Shown here piece by piece: positions 1-11,273 of a DNA stretch of 64,000 nucleotides; position 1 is the first letter of the stretch, and every line of letters begins with the position of its first letter. The notes beneath the pieces are model-generated. The model saw only the letters and a program-made list of their open reading frames with translations, did no database searches and was not told the origin of the DNA. Source of the stretch: Octopus vulgaris (taxonomy: Eukaryota); contig OX597836.1 of NCBI GenBank assembly GCA_951406725.2, positions 32,240,001 to 32,304,000 of the forward strand, written 5' to 3'. A program made the translations under genes and the position numbers.

Positions 1-304
1 GCACTATCACCCTTCCAACACTAAACTCACATACACAACTCATTCTGTTTCTCCCATCGCATTCTTGTTCTTCTCTTCCAACCATCCCTGCTATGCTGTC
101 ATCACTTCCTCATTTATTTACCCCACCTCTTAGTCACACAGTCTTAAATGGAAAGAAACACCAAAGGGTTCAAAGAAAGCTTTTTAATGTTGCTGAGGAC
201 ACAACAACATCTCTGATGTTGGTGCCATGATAAGATGCCCCCATTACAAGCTGTAAAGTAGTTTCTATCAGGAAGGACACCCAGTTGTAGAAACTGTGCC
301 AATA

Positions 305-522
305 TTGGTTTCAAATATTGGCACAGCGCCTGCAATTTTGGGTAGAAGGGTAAGTCAATTACACCAACTCCAGTTTTCAACTGGCACTTATTTTTATCAA
401 CCCAGAAAGGGATGAAAGGCAAAGTCAACCTTGGCAAAATTCGAACTCAGAACAGAAAGACGAATGAAATACTGCCAAGCATTTTACCTGGTATGCTAAC
501 GATTCTGCCAGTTTGCTGCCTT
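305..522 (-). mobile_element. tRNA-derived SINE (family with GTCGACTTTGCCTTTCATCCTTT core)
   Basis: Reverse complement of the core TTCTGAGTTCGAATT...GACTTTGCCTTTCATCC seen in many copies (11691, 29925, 56412 etc.). CCAATATTGG occurs on both sides (299-308, 531-540), a possible TSD. Confidence 0.75.
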
Positions 523-769
523 AAAGTTTACCAATATTGGAATATAGAAGTGAGTCACATTCCTCTGTGCTGTCTTTACAAGGAGTGTCTCTGAATAAGA
601 ACTGTCTCAAACCATGATGCTCCATGCCAATTTGGAAACCATACCAATATGGAAAGTGGACATAAAATAGATGATGATGATGTTAAATGATGATGATGAT
701 GATGACGACAACTTCAAAGTAAAACTTTCTAGAATTTTGATCTTACTTTAAGTTTTAATACACACATGT

Positions 770-1740
770 AGGCATGGCCATGTGGATGAGAAGCTCACTT
801 GAGAAACATGTGGTTTGGGATTCAGTGTGAGAAATTTGGCAAGTTGTCTTCTGTTATGACCTTGGGGCATCCAATGTTTTTTGAGTTGATTTGGTAAATG
901 GGAACTGTTTGGAAGCAAATTATATGTGTGCAGGTGCGTGTGTCCTTGTGCAAGTGTGCGTGCCCTTGTGTGAGTGTGTGTGTCTTTGCGCAAGTGCCTG
1001 TGTCCTTGTGTGAGTGTGTGTGTCTTTGCGCAAGTGCCTGTGTCCTTGTGTGAGTGTGTGTGTCTTTGCGCAAGTGCCTGTGTCCTTGTGTGAGTGTGTG
1101 TGTGTATGTTCTTGTGCAAGTGCATGTTCTTGTGCAAGTATGTGTGTCCTTGTGCAAGTGCATGTGTTCCTCTGTGTTCCTGTGTGTGTGTCCTTGTACG
1201 AGTGCATTTGTCCTCATGTGTATGCATGTGACCTCCTGCAAGTGCATGTGTCCTTCTGAGAGTGCGTGTGTCTTTGTGCGAGTGCGTGTGTCCTTCTGTG
1301 AGTGCATGTGTCCTTCTGCAAATGCGTGTATCCTTGTGTGGGAACATGTGTCTTTGTGCGAATGCGTGTGTCCTTCTGTGAGTGTATGTGTCCTGCGAGT
1401 ACATGTGTCCTTTTGCGAGTGCATGTGTCATTGTGTGACAGTGTGTGTCCTTCTGCAAGTGTATGTGTCCTTGCCTGAGTGCATGTATCCTTGTCTGAGT
1501 GCATGTGTCCTTGTGTGTCCTTGTGTGTCCTTGTGTTTGTGCTTGTTTCATAGACTACTCGACAACCAGTGTTAATGTCCTCATAACTTAGTGGTTCGGC
1601 AACAGGAGACCAATAAAATAAGTACCAGACTTAAAAACAAGTAAATACTGGGATTAATTTGTTTGACCAAACCCTTCCAAATGGTGCTCCAGTATGGCTG
1701 CAATCCAATGACTGACTGAAACAAACAATAGATGGAAAAA
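770..1740 (+). mobile_element. Composite CORE-like SINE whose internal microsatellite has expanded into a minisatellite
   Basis: 5' part 770-920 (GGCAAGTTGTCTTCT...GGAACTG) and 3' part 1545-1740 (ACTTAGTGGTTCGGC...AAGTACCAG...CAGTATGGCTGCA) match the two halves of the SINE at 4340-4745 and 22143-22587. Confidence 0.7.
921..1545. repeat. GT-rich minisatellite, ~20-22 bp degenerate unit with a 40-bp higher-order repeat
   Basis: Unit like TGTGTCCTTGTGCAAGTGCA; TGTCCTTGTGTGAGTGTGTGTGTCTTTGCGCAAGTGCCTG repeats about 3 times at 961-1100. Confidence 0.9.
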
Positions 1741-2139
1741 TAAATTTTCATCTTACATTAAATTTTATTACACAAACGCAAAACCTGCAAATTGTCCAAC
1801 ACACACTCCTTTTATTGCTTTTTACTCATACGCATTCACACACACACACAAACACGTATACACACGCACACAAATACAAACTGGCACATACATAAAAGCA
1901 GAGATGTTTACACACATACTTATAATCGCATACTTACATATATATAATTACACACGCACGCATTCATGTACGTACGCGTTCATTCAGACAAGCACACATA
2001 CATAAACACAGATGGACTCACAGTCACATTTACACACAGATAGAAAATTGTACTCAACGAAAAGCCATGAATACTCTTATCATACACTCTCAAATGTGTG
2101 TATACATATTTCTATCTGAAAGCCAATGATTATATCAGA

Positions 2140-2473
2140 TCAAATACATACATACATACATACATACATATGTATACTTATATATACATATATATACTAA
2201 CATACATATATATATATATAATATATATACATATATATGTGTATATGTGAGTGTGTGTTTATGTGCACATGTCTCTTTCTCTGTGTGTATATATGTACAT
2301 GTACATGTACACATACATACATACATACATACATACATACATACATGCATACATATATATATATATTTTCATATATTTTCATATATAAACATTTATATAT
2401 ATATATGCATAAACTTACATGCATATATATATATATATATTGTATGCATATATATATATATTACATATATATA

Positions 2474-2535
<62 letters not shown>

Positions 2536-2927
2536 TACATACATATATATATATATATTTATGTACGTATGTATGTATGAACATAAACATTTATATATAG
2601 CTCTTCCATCTTGCAACTGCTTTTTGTGAAATTTTCTATCTACTGGTGCATGAATGGATGGCAGTATATATACACTTTTTTTTTAGAAAATCTATTTAAG
2701 AAAATTACATGTCTTATTTGTCTGATTATTGCTTTTATTATGAATATGGATATATATACATACATACATACACACATACATACATACATACATACATACA
2801 TACATACATACATACATACATACATACATACATACATACATACATGCATACATATATATATATGTACATACACAGACACACATACACATATATGTATATG
2901 TATGTATGCGTACACCAACATATCCTT

Positions 2928-2963
<36 letters not shown>

Positions 2964-3170
2964 TCACCACCAAACATCTGTTAATGCTAAAATTGATTCC
3001 ACATAATGTCTTCGAGTTGTCGGAATTAATTTTCAGCTATTTTTAATATATTGCCAAAAATAGCATTCCAGCAGCATTCTCTTTTACACACACACAAACA
3101 CACACAAACACAAACACACACACGCATACACACACACACACACGTATGCATATATATATCTATATATTTC
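2140..3170. repeat. Compound microsatellite field (TACA)n/(TA)n/(TG)n/(CA)n
   Basis: Directly visible simple repeats. Confidence 0.95.
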
Positions 3171-3670
3171 TTTATTTATTCTATTTTAACACCCAACTAT
3201 AATAATTGTGTTGGGAAAATTTTGCAGCATTATTAATGAATAATGGAAACGTAAAGTGCGTTGTTTGTATACTTTATATGAAAACCGCTCAATTTATGAA
3301 GTGAAGTAGCGTGAATAATATTTTGTTTAAGACCACAAATATTAAATGCTGTTTGCTATTATCATCTATAAGCATCGTGTTAGCAATTTTACAGCTTTTG
3401 ATGTTCCTTTCTTCTATAATATGTTTAGCAAGTGGTTTTTCTTTGAAACTCTCTCTCTGTCTTGAAAAAAAAAAATTGATGGCGTTACGTTTTTGTTGGA
3501 GTGTTTAAAACACAAGTATCATTTTTTTTTATGTTTGTTTTTTTTTTCTCCCTTCTTTTACGTGTTTTACTTTTTTTATTTTGTATCAGTCATAGGACTG
3601 CAAAAATGAACTGAGGGTACTGTCTTGAAGGTTTGCATTGGGACCCCTTAGCATCGAAGACCGATGAGTG

Positions 3671-3716
3671 TCCTGCGCTGACGACGGGTAGATACCCAGA
3701 AACTCGGGTCTGTGTG
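3671..3716 (+). ncRNA. Putative minimal type-I hammerhead ribozyme
   Basis: CTGACGA (3678-3684), stem II GGGT-agat-ACCC, GAAA, quasi-palindromic stem III ACTCGGGT, cleavage triplet GTC (3708-3710). Stem I is weak and GU-rich. Confidence 0.55.
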
Positions 3717-3906
3717 TATCACGTCAGGTCAACGATGGGAAGGATGGCTTCCCTTTGCAAATACTGATAGGGCACAGAAAGTGTGTCAATAGCCAGCTGG
3801 AGAAGATGTTCTCCTGGGGCTACAAGTTACAGTAGCATCCACCCTTAGTGGTTAGCCACATTTAAGTGGCAAATATACGTCACGTATATATATATATATA
3901 TATATA

Positions 3907-4095
3907 TCATCATCATCATCATCGTTTAACGTCCGCCTTCCACGCTAGCATGGGTTGGACGATTTTGATGAGGGCTGGCGAACGAGACGGCCGCACCAGG
4001 CTCCAATCTTGATCTGGCAGAGTTTCTACAGCTGGATGCCCTTCCTAATGCCAACCACTCTGAGAGTGTAGTGGGTGCTTTTTACGTGCCATCGG
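3907..4095 (-). mobile_element. RTE-LINE 3' UTR / RTE-tailed repeat with (TGA)n tail
   Basis: Reverse complement of GTGGTTGGCATTAGGAAGGGCATCCAGCTGTAGAAAC...GACGTTAAACGATGATG, the tail that follows the RTE ORF at 62112-62780. Confidence 0.75.
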
Positions 4096-4124
4096 CATAT
4101 ATATATACACACACACACAGACAC

Positions 4125-4161
<37 letters not shown>

Positions 4162-4339
4162 TATTCATACACTGGGCTTCTTTCAGTTTCTAACTTCCAA
4201 ATGAACTCACAAGGCTTTGGTCAGCCTAGTACTATAGTAGAAGGCAGCTTCCCATGGTACCACATTGTGGGACTGAACCCGGAACTATGAGGCTAGGAAG
4301 CAAGCTTCTCACCACACAACCATGCCTGCCAGAATACTC

Positions 4340-4745
4340 TCTTTACTCTTTACTCTTTTACTTGTTTCAGTCATTTGACTGCGGCCATGCTGGAGCACCG
4401 CCTTTAGTCGAGCAAATCGACCCTGGGACTTATTCTTTGTAAGCCCAGTACTTATTCTATCGGTCTTTTTTTGCCGAACCGCTAAGTGACGGGGACGTAA
4501 ACACACCAGCATCGGTTGTCAAGCAATGCTAGGGGGACAAACACAGACACACAAACACACACACACATATATATATATATATACGACAGGCTTCTTTCAG
4601 TTTCCGTCTACCAAATCCACTCACAAGGCATTGGTCGGCCCGGGGCTATAGCAGAAGACACTTGCCCAAGATGCCACGCAGTGGGACTGAACCCGCGACC
4701 ATGTGGTTGGTTAGCAAGCTACTTACCACACAGCCACTCCTGCGC
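4340..4745 (-). mobile_element. Young, near full-length composite CORE-like SINE
   Basis: tRNA-like head, GGCATCTTGGGCAAGTGTCTTCT CORE-like segment, internal (TA)/(TG) microsatellite, 3' part ending in (GAGTAAA)n; CpGs retained. Confidence 0.85.
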
Positions 4746-6559
4746 CAAATACTTGCATATTTCTTTATTTAAATTTATATTATAATCTATGAACAATAGT
4801 CACATTGGTTACCAGCTTCCAGTTGCATTTTATATGCATTATATACCATAAAAGTACATGTAATTTATGCGCTTTTTTCACAAAAGCAAAATAACCTTTA
4901 GTGGGTACGTAAATTACATGAGTAGATTGTTACCAAATTGTTTTTAGAAAATTTTTTTGTTGAAAAATGACGTACTACTGTAAACATTTGCATGGGAAAT
5001 TGACTCAGTTAATGTCAGAATAGGTTTTTACAGAAAAAATATAATAAAATTGACTTTTATTTATGCTGGACAATATAATGCTTATTTTTTTCGCTAAAAA
5101 ATTTACTAAAACCATTAAATGTTTAACTACTTTTTGAAATTTGACATTCATGCTGGCCATATTTTACATTGCTTGGAGTTTCTACCTACTGCAATGGAGC
5201 CCAGCAATTTCCTTAAATAGATCAGTTATCCTCCACTTAGGGAGTTTAGCTTGTGTTTGCACCAGGAAGCTATTTGCTCGCTTTCTCCGCATTACAACAC
5301 AATGAAATTCATCACTGCCGACATCGCCACTGCCAGCTCTTACTGCATCTAATGTCAATGACAACATCATAATTCATTCTTGTACATGTAAACTCACTAA
5401 GTGAATATGACTTAGCATTCCTACAGAAACCTTCATTTACCTTAAATGATGTTTAATGCCATTTCACATTCATGTTGAATTATGCAGCAATCTTATGTTC
5501 TCTTCATAGAACACTTGTAATGTATGTATTACCTGTTCTTTTGGTATAATAGATTTTTGCTGTTCTTGTTTATGTCTCCTCACAGACGTGTATATTCTAA
5601 CAAGTCACTTCTTAAATTTTGCACCTCTTTTGGTTATTATTTGATTCTTCCATCTGCATGATTTTCACTAAGAAAAATATCTCGGATTTTTTTGCATGGA
5701 ATCAAGTACCCTGACCTCCTAATATGCTTCAAACAGCAAGTGCTGTCTGAGAGATACTTTATGATATTCGAAGGTTGTCTGTACTGTTCTCAAGCAGTCA
5801 AACTAAAGTGTTTGACCTGAGCAAAAAAAAAAAAAAAAGAAATAGTGCAATAGGTGTACAACAACATGTAAACAAATAGGGAAAAAAATGTGCACTGGTG
5901 AAAGAGAAGCAGGGGAGACGACTCAGAAAATTCATACAATCAATCTCACAGGATCCAAAAACTCAATGTTAACACCCACTCACAAAAATGAAAAAAAAAT
6001 ATAATGTAATAGGTGTAAAACAACAGGGACATAAACACACCAACACCAGCTGTCGAGCAGTGGTGGAGAACAAACACAGATGCAGACACACACACATGAT
6101 GGGCTTCTTTTAGTTTCCATCTGCTTTGGTTGGCCTGAGGCTATAGTAGAAGATACTTGGCCAAGGTGCCATGCAGTGGGACTGAACCTAGAATCTGCCC
6201 ACAAGGGCTACACACGGGGGACAAACAAGGACAGACAAATGGATTAAGTTGATTATATTGACCCAGTGTGTAACTGGTACTTATTTAATTGACCCTGAAA
6301 GGATGAAAGGCAAAGTCGACCTCGGCAGCATTTGAACTCAGAATGCAAAGACGGATGAAATACCGTTAAGCATTTTGTCCACTGTGCTAACGATCCTGCA
6401 AGCTTCTTACCACACAACCACAATTGGAGCAATAAGATAATTACAATGCTTAAAAAATAAATAAGTAAGTACTGGGGGCGATTCATTCAGCTAAAAGATT
6501 CTTCAAGGCCGTGCCCCAGCATGGCCGCAGTCTTATGACTGAAACAAGTGAAAGATAGT

Positions 6560-7520
6560 AGATGATATTCAACAATCAAATATGAGCATTTCTTTTGGCT
6601 AAATTCCATTTCTAGATCAGCTGAAAATGCTGTTATTACCTCCAGCTGCTTTTTGGCCTGATAAGCATTCTTATCATAGATTTGTAGGTCATCTAAAAGA
6701 GAAATCCTAGGCTTCTTGGTGCTTCTAGCAGTCACAGACTGGCATGTACATTGATCTTTTGTAAATGAAATGATAATGGATTTAATGTCAAACTGAAAAG
6801 AATTAGAGAAAAACTATCTCTTTGGAATATTTCCTGTTGAAATATTTATAACTGAGGAAACAATCATTCTGCTTTCAGTTGTAAGCATAAAGATTGTTGA
6901 CCTGGTCTTTGTGAGCCTTTCAGTGGAAATGACTAAAGCAGCAAGTACATTTGCTGAGTGCAGAGACTTCAGCATCTATGTGTGGAAGATAGAAGTGAAT
7001 GCTTTATTGTATTCAAACCATACTGCCATAAGGTTTCTGTAATGCTTTCTTTAGGCAGCATAGACCAGTGGTTCTCAACCAGGGTCCATATAAGATTTTT
7101 GTGGGGGTTGGGGTCCACGTAACAAAATAGTAAATTGGAGATCCACATTAGTATTTTAAGGGCCCTTGAAATAATTTTTCTTTAGATGTACAGGATGGCC
7201 CAAAAGTAGGTTTATAGTTATTCAATTTTGGGCCTCGTACTGAGAGTAGAAAAGTATAGCTTTGTTGATCAAAAGTTCTTTGGCTCATCCCCATTCTCAG
7301 TTCTTCTAACTGATCTGCTCATCAGATATAATGTTGTTGAACTCACAATAATCCTGGAAGAATTGGCAGAGACAGCTTTGTAAAGCTGGTAAGTAATCTT
7401 TAAGCAAGCAATCAACCAACAATTTGCTGCCAACTTGTCAGTGTTGCTCTTAGCTACATGATTCATCCATGCTACAACCAACCAGTTTGGTTTGTCAATC
7501 TGACCTTCCAGCAATAGTGA
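6560..7520 (-). pseudogene. Degraded R4/Dong-like non-LTR retrotransposon reverse transcriptase
   Basis: Minus-strand translations RNLMAVWFEYNKAFTSIFHT*, IFQRDSFSLILFSLTLNPLS and LLDDLQIY...FSADLEMEFSQKKC align with R4-clade motifs NLSMAWIDYKKAYDSVPH, GIFQGDSLSPLLF and YMDDLKLY...FSxDIGMEFGLDKC. Stops and frameshifts present; interrupted at ~7066-7240. Confidence 0.8.
7066..7190 (+). mobile_element. Partial hAT (Charlie-like) MITE inserted in the LINE relic
   Basis: Starts CAGTGGTTCTCAACCAGGGTCCATA, matching the end of the element at 60491-60748. Confidence 0.6.
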
Positions 7521-7599
7521 GGTCACCAGGTAACTTGCCAGACAAGACCCCTCAAATGTAGTGAGTAGTATTGAGGGACAACAGGCTTCTTTCAGTTTC

Positions 7600-7832
7600 T
7601 TATTTCTTTATTGCCCACAAGGGGCTAAACATAGAAAGGAGAAACAAGGACAGACAGAGGGATTAAGTCGATTACATCGACACCAGTACATAACTGGTAC
7701 TTAATTTATTGACCCCGAAACGATGAAAGGCAAAGTTGACCTTGGCGGAATTTGAACTCAGAACATAACGGCAGACGAAATACCACTAAGCATTTCACCC
7801 AGTGTGCTAATGTTTCTGCCAGCTCGCCGCCT
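7600..7832 (-). mobile_element. tRNA-derived SINE (GCCTTTCATCCTTT-core family)
   Basis: GATGAAAGGCAAAGTTGACCTTGGCGGAATTTGAACTCAGAAC; a similar copy lies at ~6200-6400. Confidence 0.8.
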
Positions 7833-8116
7833 TGTTTCAGCTTCTTTCAGTTTCTGTCTACCAAATCCACTGACAAGACTTTGGCTGGTCTGGAAGTACA
7901 GAAAAAGACACTAACCCAAGGTGCCATGCCGTGGGACTGAACCCAGAACCATATAGTTGGGAAGCAAGCTTCGTACCACATAGTCACACCTGTGCATTTT
8001 ATTTTTTTTTTAAATGTATGTTATTGTTTTGCCTGATTAAGATAACCTATGATCACAGATGTTCCAGCCAAAACTATATCCAGAAGTTAATTGTCAAATG
8101 AATGTGCTCTGCTTAA

Positions 8117-8387
8117 GGAAGGATAGAAAAAATTAAGGGAATCCTTTAGCACAGTTTTTGCCCCTTGAATAGCTTCCCCTGTCACTGTATTATTTTTGAG
8201 GGAACAACAGACATGAGCACCTACTGTTTTAAAATTGTTTATAACTTTTGTTCTGTTGTGTGTAGAGACTTGATTTTTTGGTATACTAATAAATGAATGG
8301 ATGAATAATATTTTTATGTAATGCATTAAGGAATTGACGAAAAGAGTTGCCCCTCAGAAATGTACCTCTTTGGGGCCAGTGCTTTCC
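8117..8387. mobile_element. Possible Kolobok-like MITE
   Basis: TTAA|GGAAG ... TTTCC|TTAA ends. The TIR is very short, so support is weak. Confidence 0.35.
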
Positions 8388-8400
8388 TTAAATCAACCAA

Positions 8401-8652
8401 CTATGGATGATAGTATCCACTCGGTACATCGTTCTCAGTATAACTGTAAGGATAGTCTACGTCCTCATCATCACTCTGAATGGTTTCACCATCGATATCT
8501 GCCAGAGTAAATCCTTCAAAATCGTTATTTGAGTCAGAATCAAACAAGATTTCTTCTAGAAAAGCTTCAAATGCAGGAGTGGTAATTTCCATTCGTTAAA
8601 AAATTCCAGATAAACTGCAACCGACACCAAAGCTTGATTACCTTGTGGTTAA
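8401..8652 (-). pseudogene. Possible N-terminus of a piggyBac-like transposase
   Basis: Acidic ORF EEILFDSDSNNDFEGF...SDDED resembles piggyBac N-termini; TTAACC lies ~55 nt upstream of the ATG. No catalytic domain is visible. Confidence 0.35.
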
Positions 8653-8682
8653 GTATATAGAATATGAAAATAGCGTCAGAAA

Positions 8683-9030
8683 CCATTCTGTGATGATAGG
8701 CCCCTCGTTAGGGATGTCACATTTTGTGATACCTTTTCCAACAGCAACTTGGTGCTGTCAGCTACCAGCCCCAAACCCGTAGCTCGTCAGGCTGAGGAAA
8801 AAAAAAACTGCCAAGGTATCGGTCGCTCCCCGACAAGTTTATGGTCAATCCTGTGGCAATTGAGACCTTCGACGGTCTTAGCCCTCGGACCATATCCCTG
8901 GTCACCGATATCGGGGCAGCAGAAGTTACTATCTGCAAGTGCGAGCTTCGTGAGTCAGAGTGACTGTTCAAGCGTACCTCCCTCGCCATCCCCTGGGGCA
9001 ACGCCTTTTTCATTTTGCTATGAGAAATAT
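8683..9030 (+). pseudogene. C-terminal restriction-like endonuclease region of a CRE-clade non-LTR retrotransposon
   Basis: PFCDDRPLVRDVTFCDTF...ARQAEEKK / YRSLPDKFMVNPVAIETFDGLSP...LFKRTSLAIPWGNAFFIL matches the CRE pattern GRPLVWDVTCVDT...AEERKRRKY...FVPVAVETLGPWG...QRISLAIQRGNAASIL. One frameshift and one stop. Confidence 0.8.
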
Positions 9031-9082
9031 TGAACTATAATAAAAGAAAGTGGCCTTTACTTCCATATATAGTGATAACTGT

Positions 9083-9395
9083 GGAGGCACAATGGCCCAG
9101 TGGTTAGGGCAGCGGACTCGTGGCGGAGGATCGTGGTTTCGATTCCCAGACCGGGAGTTGCGAGTGTTTATTGAACGAAAACACCTAAAGCTCCACGAGG
9201 CTCTGGCAGGGGGGGGGGGGGTGACCCCTGCTGTACTCTTTCGCCACAACTTTCTCTCACTCTTTCTTCCTGTTTCTTGAGTAAAGCTGCGATGGACTGG
9301 CGTCCCGTCCAGGTGGGGGGAACCCATACGCCACAGAAACCAGGAAACCGGGCCCATGAGCCTGGTTAGGCTCGAAAAGAGCGACGTTTATCATT
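9083..9395 (+). mobile_element. tRNA-derived SINE
   Basis: A box TGGCCCAGTGG, B box GTTTCGATTCC; TATAGTGATA flanks both sides (9068, 9401). A related minus-strand copy lies at 35855-36110. Confidence 0.85.
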
Positions 9396-10189
9396 TCATT
9401 TATAGTGATATATGCAAACAGTTAAATTTGTAGACTATCTCTTTATTTCTTTCTGAAACAGAAGTTTAGCCTTGTCCAACGATGTATTTACTTTAAGCTC
9501 CCTTCTCAAGGCGACAAAATGCGTCTGCTACCACAGGGGAGAAAACTCGTCGGCGACAACAGCACGGAGAAGAGAACCTATTTCTTGTAAGTCAAGCATT
9601 GTCGACAGGTTCTTTCATCGGTTTCTACTTTGTGTGTATCAAGAACAGAGCAAGATTAAGTGATAATTACTATTAAATACAACACATTTGCTGTAACAAT
9701 TTCTTGCATGTTCTGCCAGTTTCTATATAATTTTACCCTGAAAGATAAGGTTAGTCTCATCTTGTGCTTCGCTGATAACCGTTGATTATAAACCAGTTAT
9801 TTCCATTTGCAACAGATTGGTATTTGTGGAACTACTATTTCTGTCAGTTTCTTAGATTTAAAGTAAATTTGATTTTGTTGGTTTTATTGTCTACAGATAA
9901 AAGTACTTAATCAATTGGAAATGTCTAATTCTGTGTGTCTGAATCTATCAGTTCTTGTCCAATAGTATTGACATAGTGGAAAGATGAATATGTAGATACA
10001 GGTGTGGCAGTGTTGTTATAAGTTTGTCTCTCCACCGCATGGTTCCGAGTTCAGTCCAACTGTATTGCACCTTGGGTAAGTGTCTTCTATAACTCCAGGC
10101 CGTACTGGTACCTTGTGAGTGGATTTGGTCGATAGAAATTAAAAGACCTTCATGTATATGCTCACATATATATATCGTCAATAAATAAT

Positions 10190-10362
10190 AAATCCGAAAG
10201 AGAAGCTCATTCGACTTTATAGAGCAGTAGAGTATTTAGATAAAGATAGTTATGGCCGGTTCATAGGGTTATCCAGGGTTTTGCGTCCATAAAGCGCTTG
10301 GGTTTACATACGTCTCGTTGGGCCCTAATGGCCACCGACCAGAACTGTCTTTATCTAAATAC
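10190..10362 (-). mobile_element. Short Penelope/retrozyme-like element (family A) with a decayed hammerhead
   Basis: Similar to 23550-23720. Minus strand reads TAGGGC-CCAACGA-stem II-AAAA-CCCTGGA-TA-ACCCTA, enclosed by a 26/29-bp inverted repeat. Confidence 0.55.
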
Positions 10363-10603
10363 ATATGTATGTGTGTGTGTGTATAGGTTATGAGAGGTAT
10401 TGGTGTCAAGAAGACCCAAAGGTGTCAGGTAATGTTGATTAAGTGCTATGGACAGACTATAGTTAAGCTCCAGGTTCGGTGATTATGCGAATGAGGAGTT
10501 CAACGTAGGTCATATATTAGCATGCATATATATAAAAAAAATTTAACAGAATGAGATAAAAATCCAAGGCTGTGAAAGATTTCAGAACATTTATAAAGAA
10601 AAG

Positions 10604-10651
10604 GTCTTACAGCTGTTTCCGGGATATTTTATATATCCTTTCATCGGAGAC
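10604..10651 (-). ncRNA. Minimal type-I hammerhead ribozyme (U4C core variant)
   Basis: GTCT-CCGATGA-aaGGATAT ataaa ATATCCcg-GAAA-CAGCTG-TA-AGAC: stem I GTCT/AGAC, palindromic stem III ACAGCTGT, GUA cleavage site. Confidence 0.7.
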
Positions 10652-10794
10652 GATTCTGCTTAAATAATGGAACTGCAGATACAAAATCCCTGCATATCTC
10701 ACGTCTGTTTTCATTCCTCTACTTCACTCTCTATTTCATATTTTCTCTAGAATAACTATTGCTTAACCATTTTTTCGCATCGTCTCCGATGAAT

Positions 10795-10900
10795 TGTCAG
10801 GGAAACCTAAGGTGATCCCATTAACCGGTCTTCCCCATTTTTAAGATATACTGCTCTACATCTTAGAGTGTGCTTCTTTCGGAGTTATGTTTTTACAAAC
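10795..10900 (+). mobile_element. Family A element fragment (3' half of hammerhead plus tail)
   Basis: Reverse complement aligns with 23550-23655 (AAAAACATAA...CACTCTAAGA.GTAGAGC). Confidence 0.6.
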
Positions 10901-10926
10901 TATACATACATACATACACACACACA

Positions 10927-11012
<86 letters not shown>

Positions 11013-11273
11013 TTATATACATTCGCCATGATAGATTACTAGCCACTACAGATTCTTTATTTTCTCTCCTTGTTTCTTCTCTTAGTTTTAATTAAAATCT
11101 GACTGTTACACGTCTCATGTCAGGGTCCTTCAAGTACCCTGGTAATTTCACGCATTTTCAAAGTGTTGTCCTGATCTTTTGTTTGTCTGCTGAACGGGTA
11201 GCCCTCCTTCTAGTTGAATGCGATCGAGGGCCAAAACTCGAGTTGTGGTAAGAATCATTTATGCACGTACAGA

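Noticed and set aside
748-1575. Long H/T/C/V-rich ORFs (267, 200 and 173 aa)
   Set aside because: Fully explained by a stop-poor minisatellite inside a SINE.
2135-3236. Y/I/M/C/V-rich ORFs (also at 26.5-29.7, 34-39, 51-55 and 58 kb)
   Set aside because: Translations of (TA)n/(TG)n/(TACA)n microsatellites.
5182-5370. 62-aa non-repetitive minus-strand ORF
   Set aside because: No recognisable domain and only weak splice signals; cannot be supported as a CDS.
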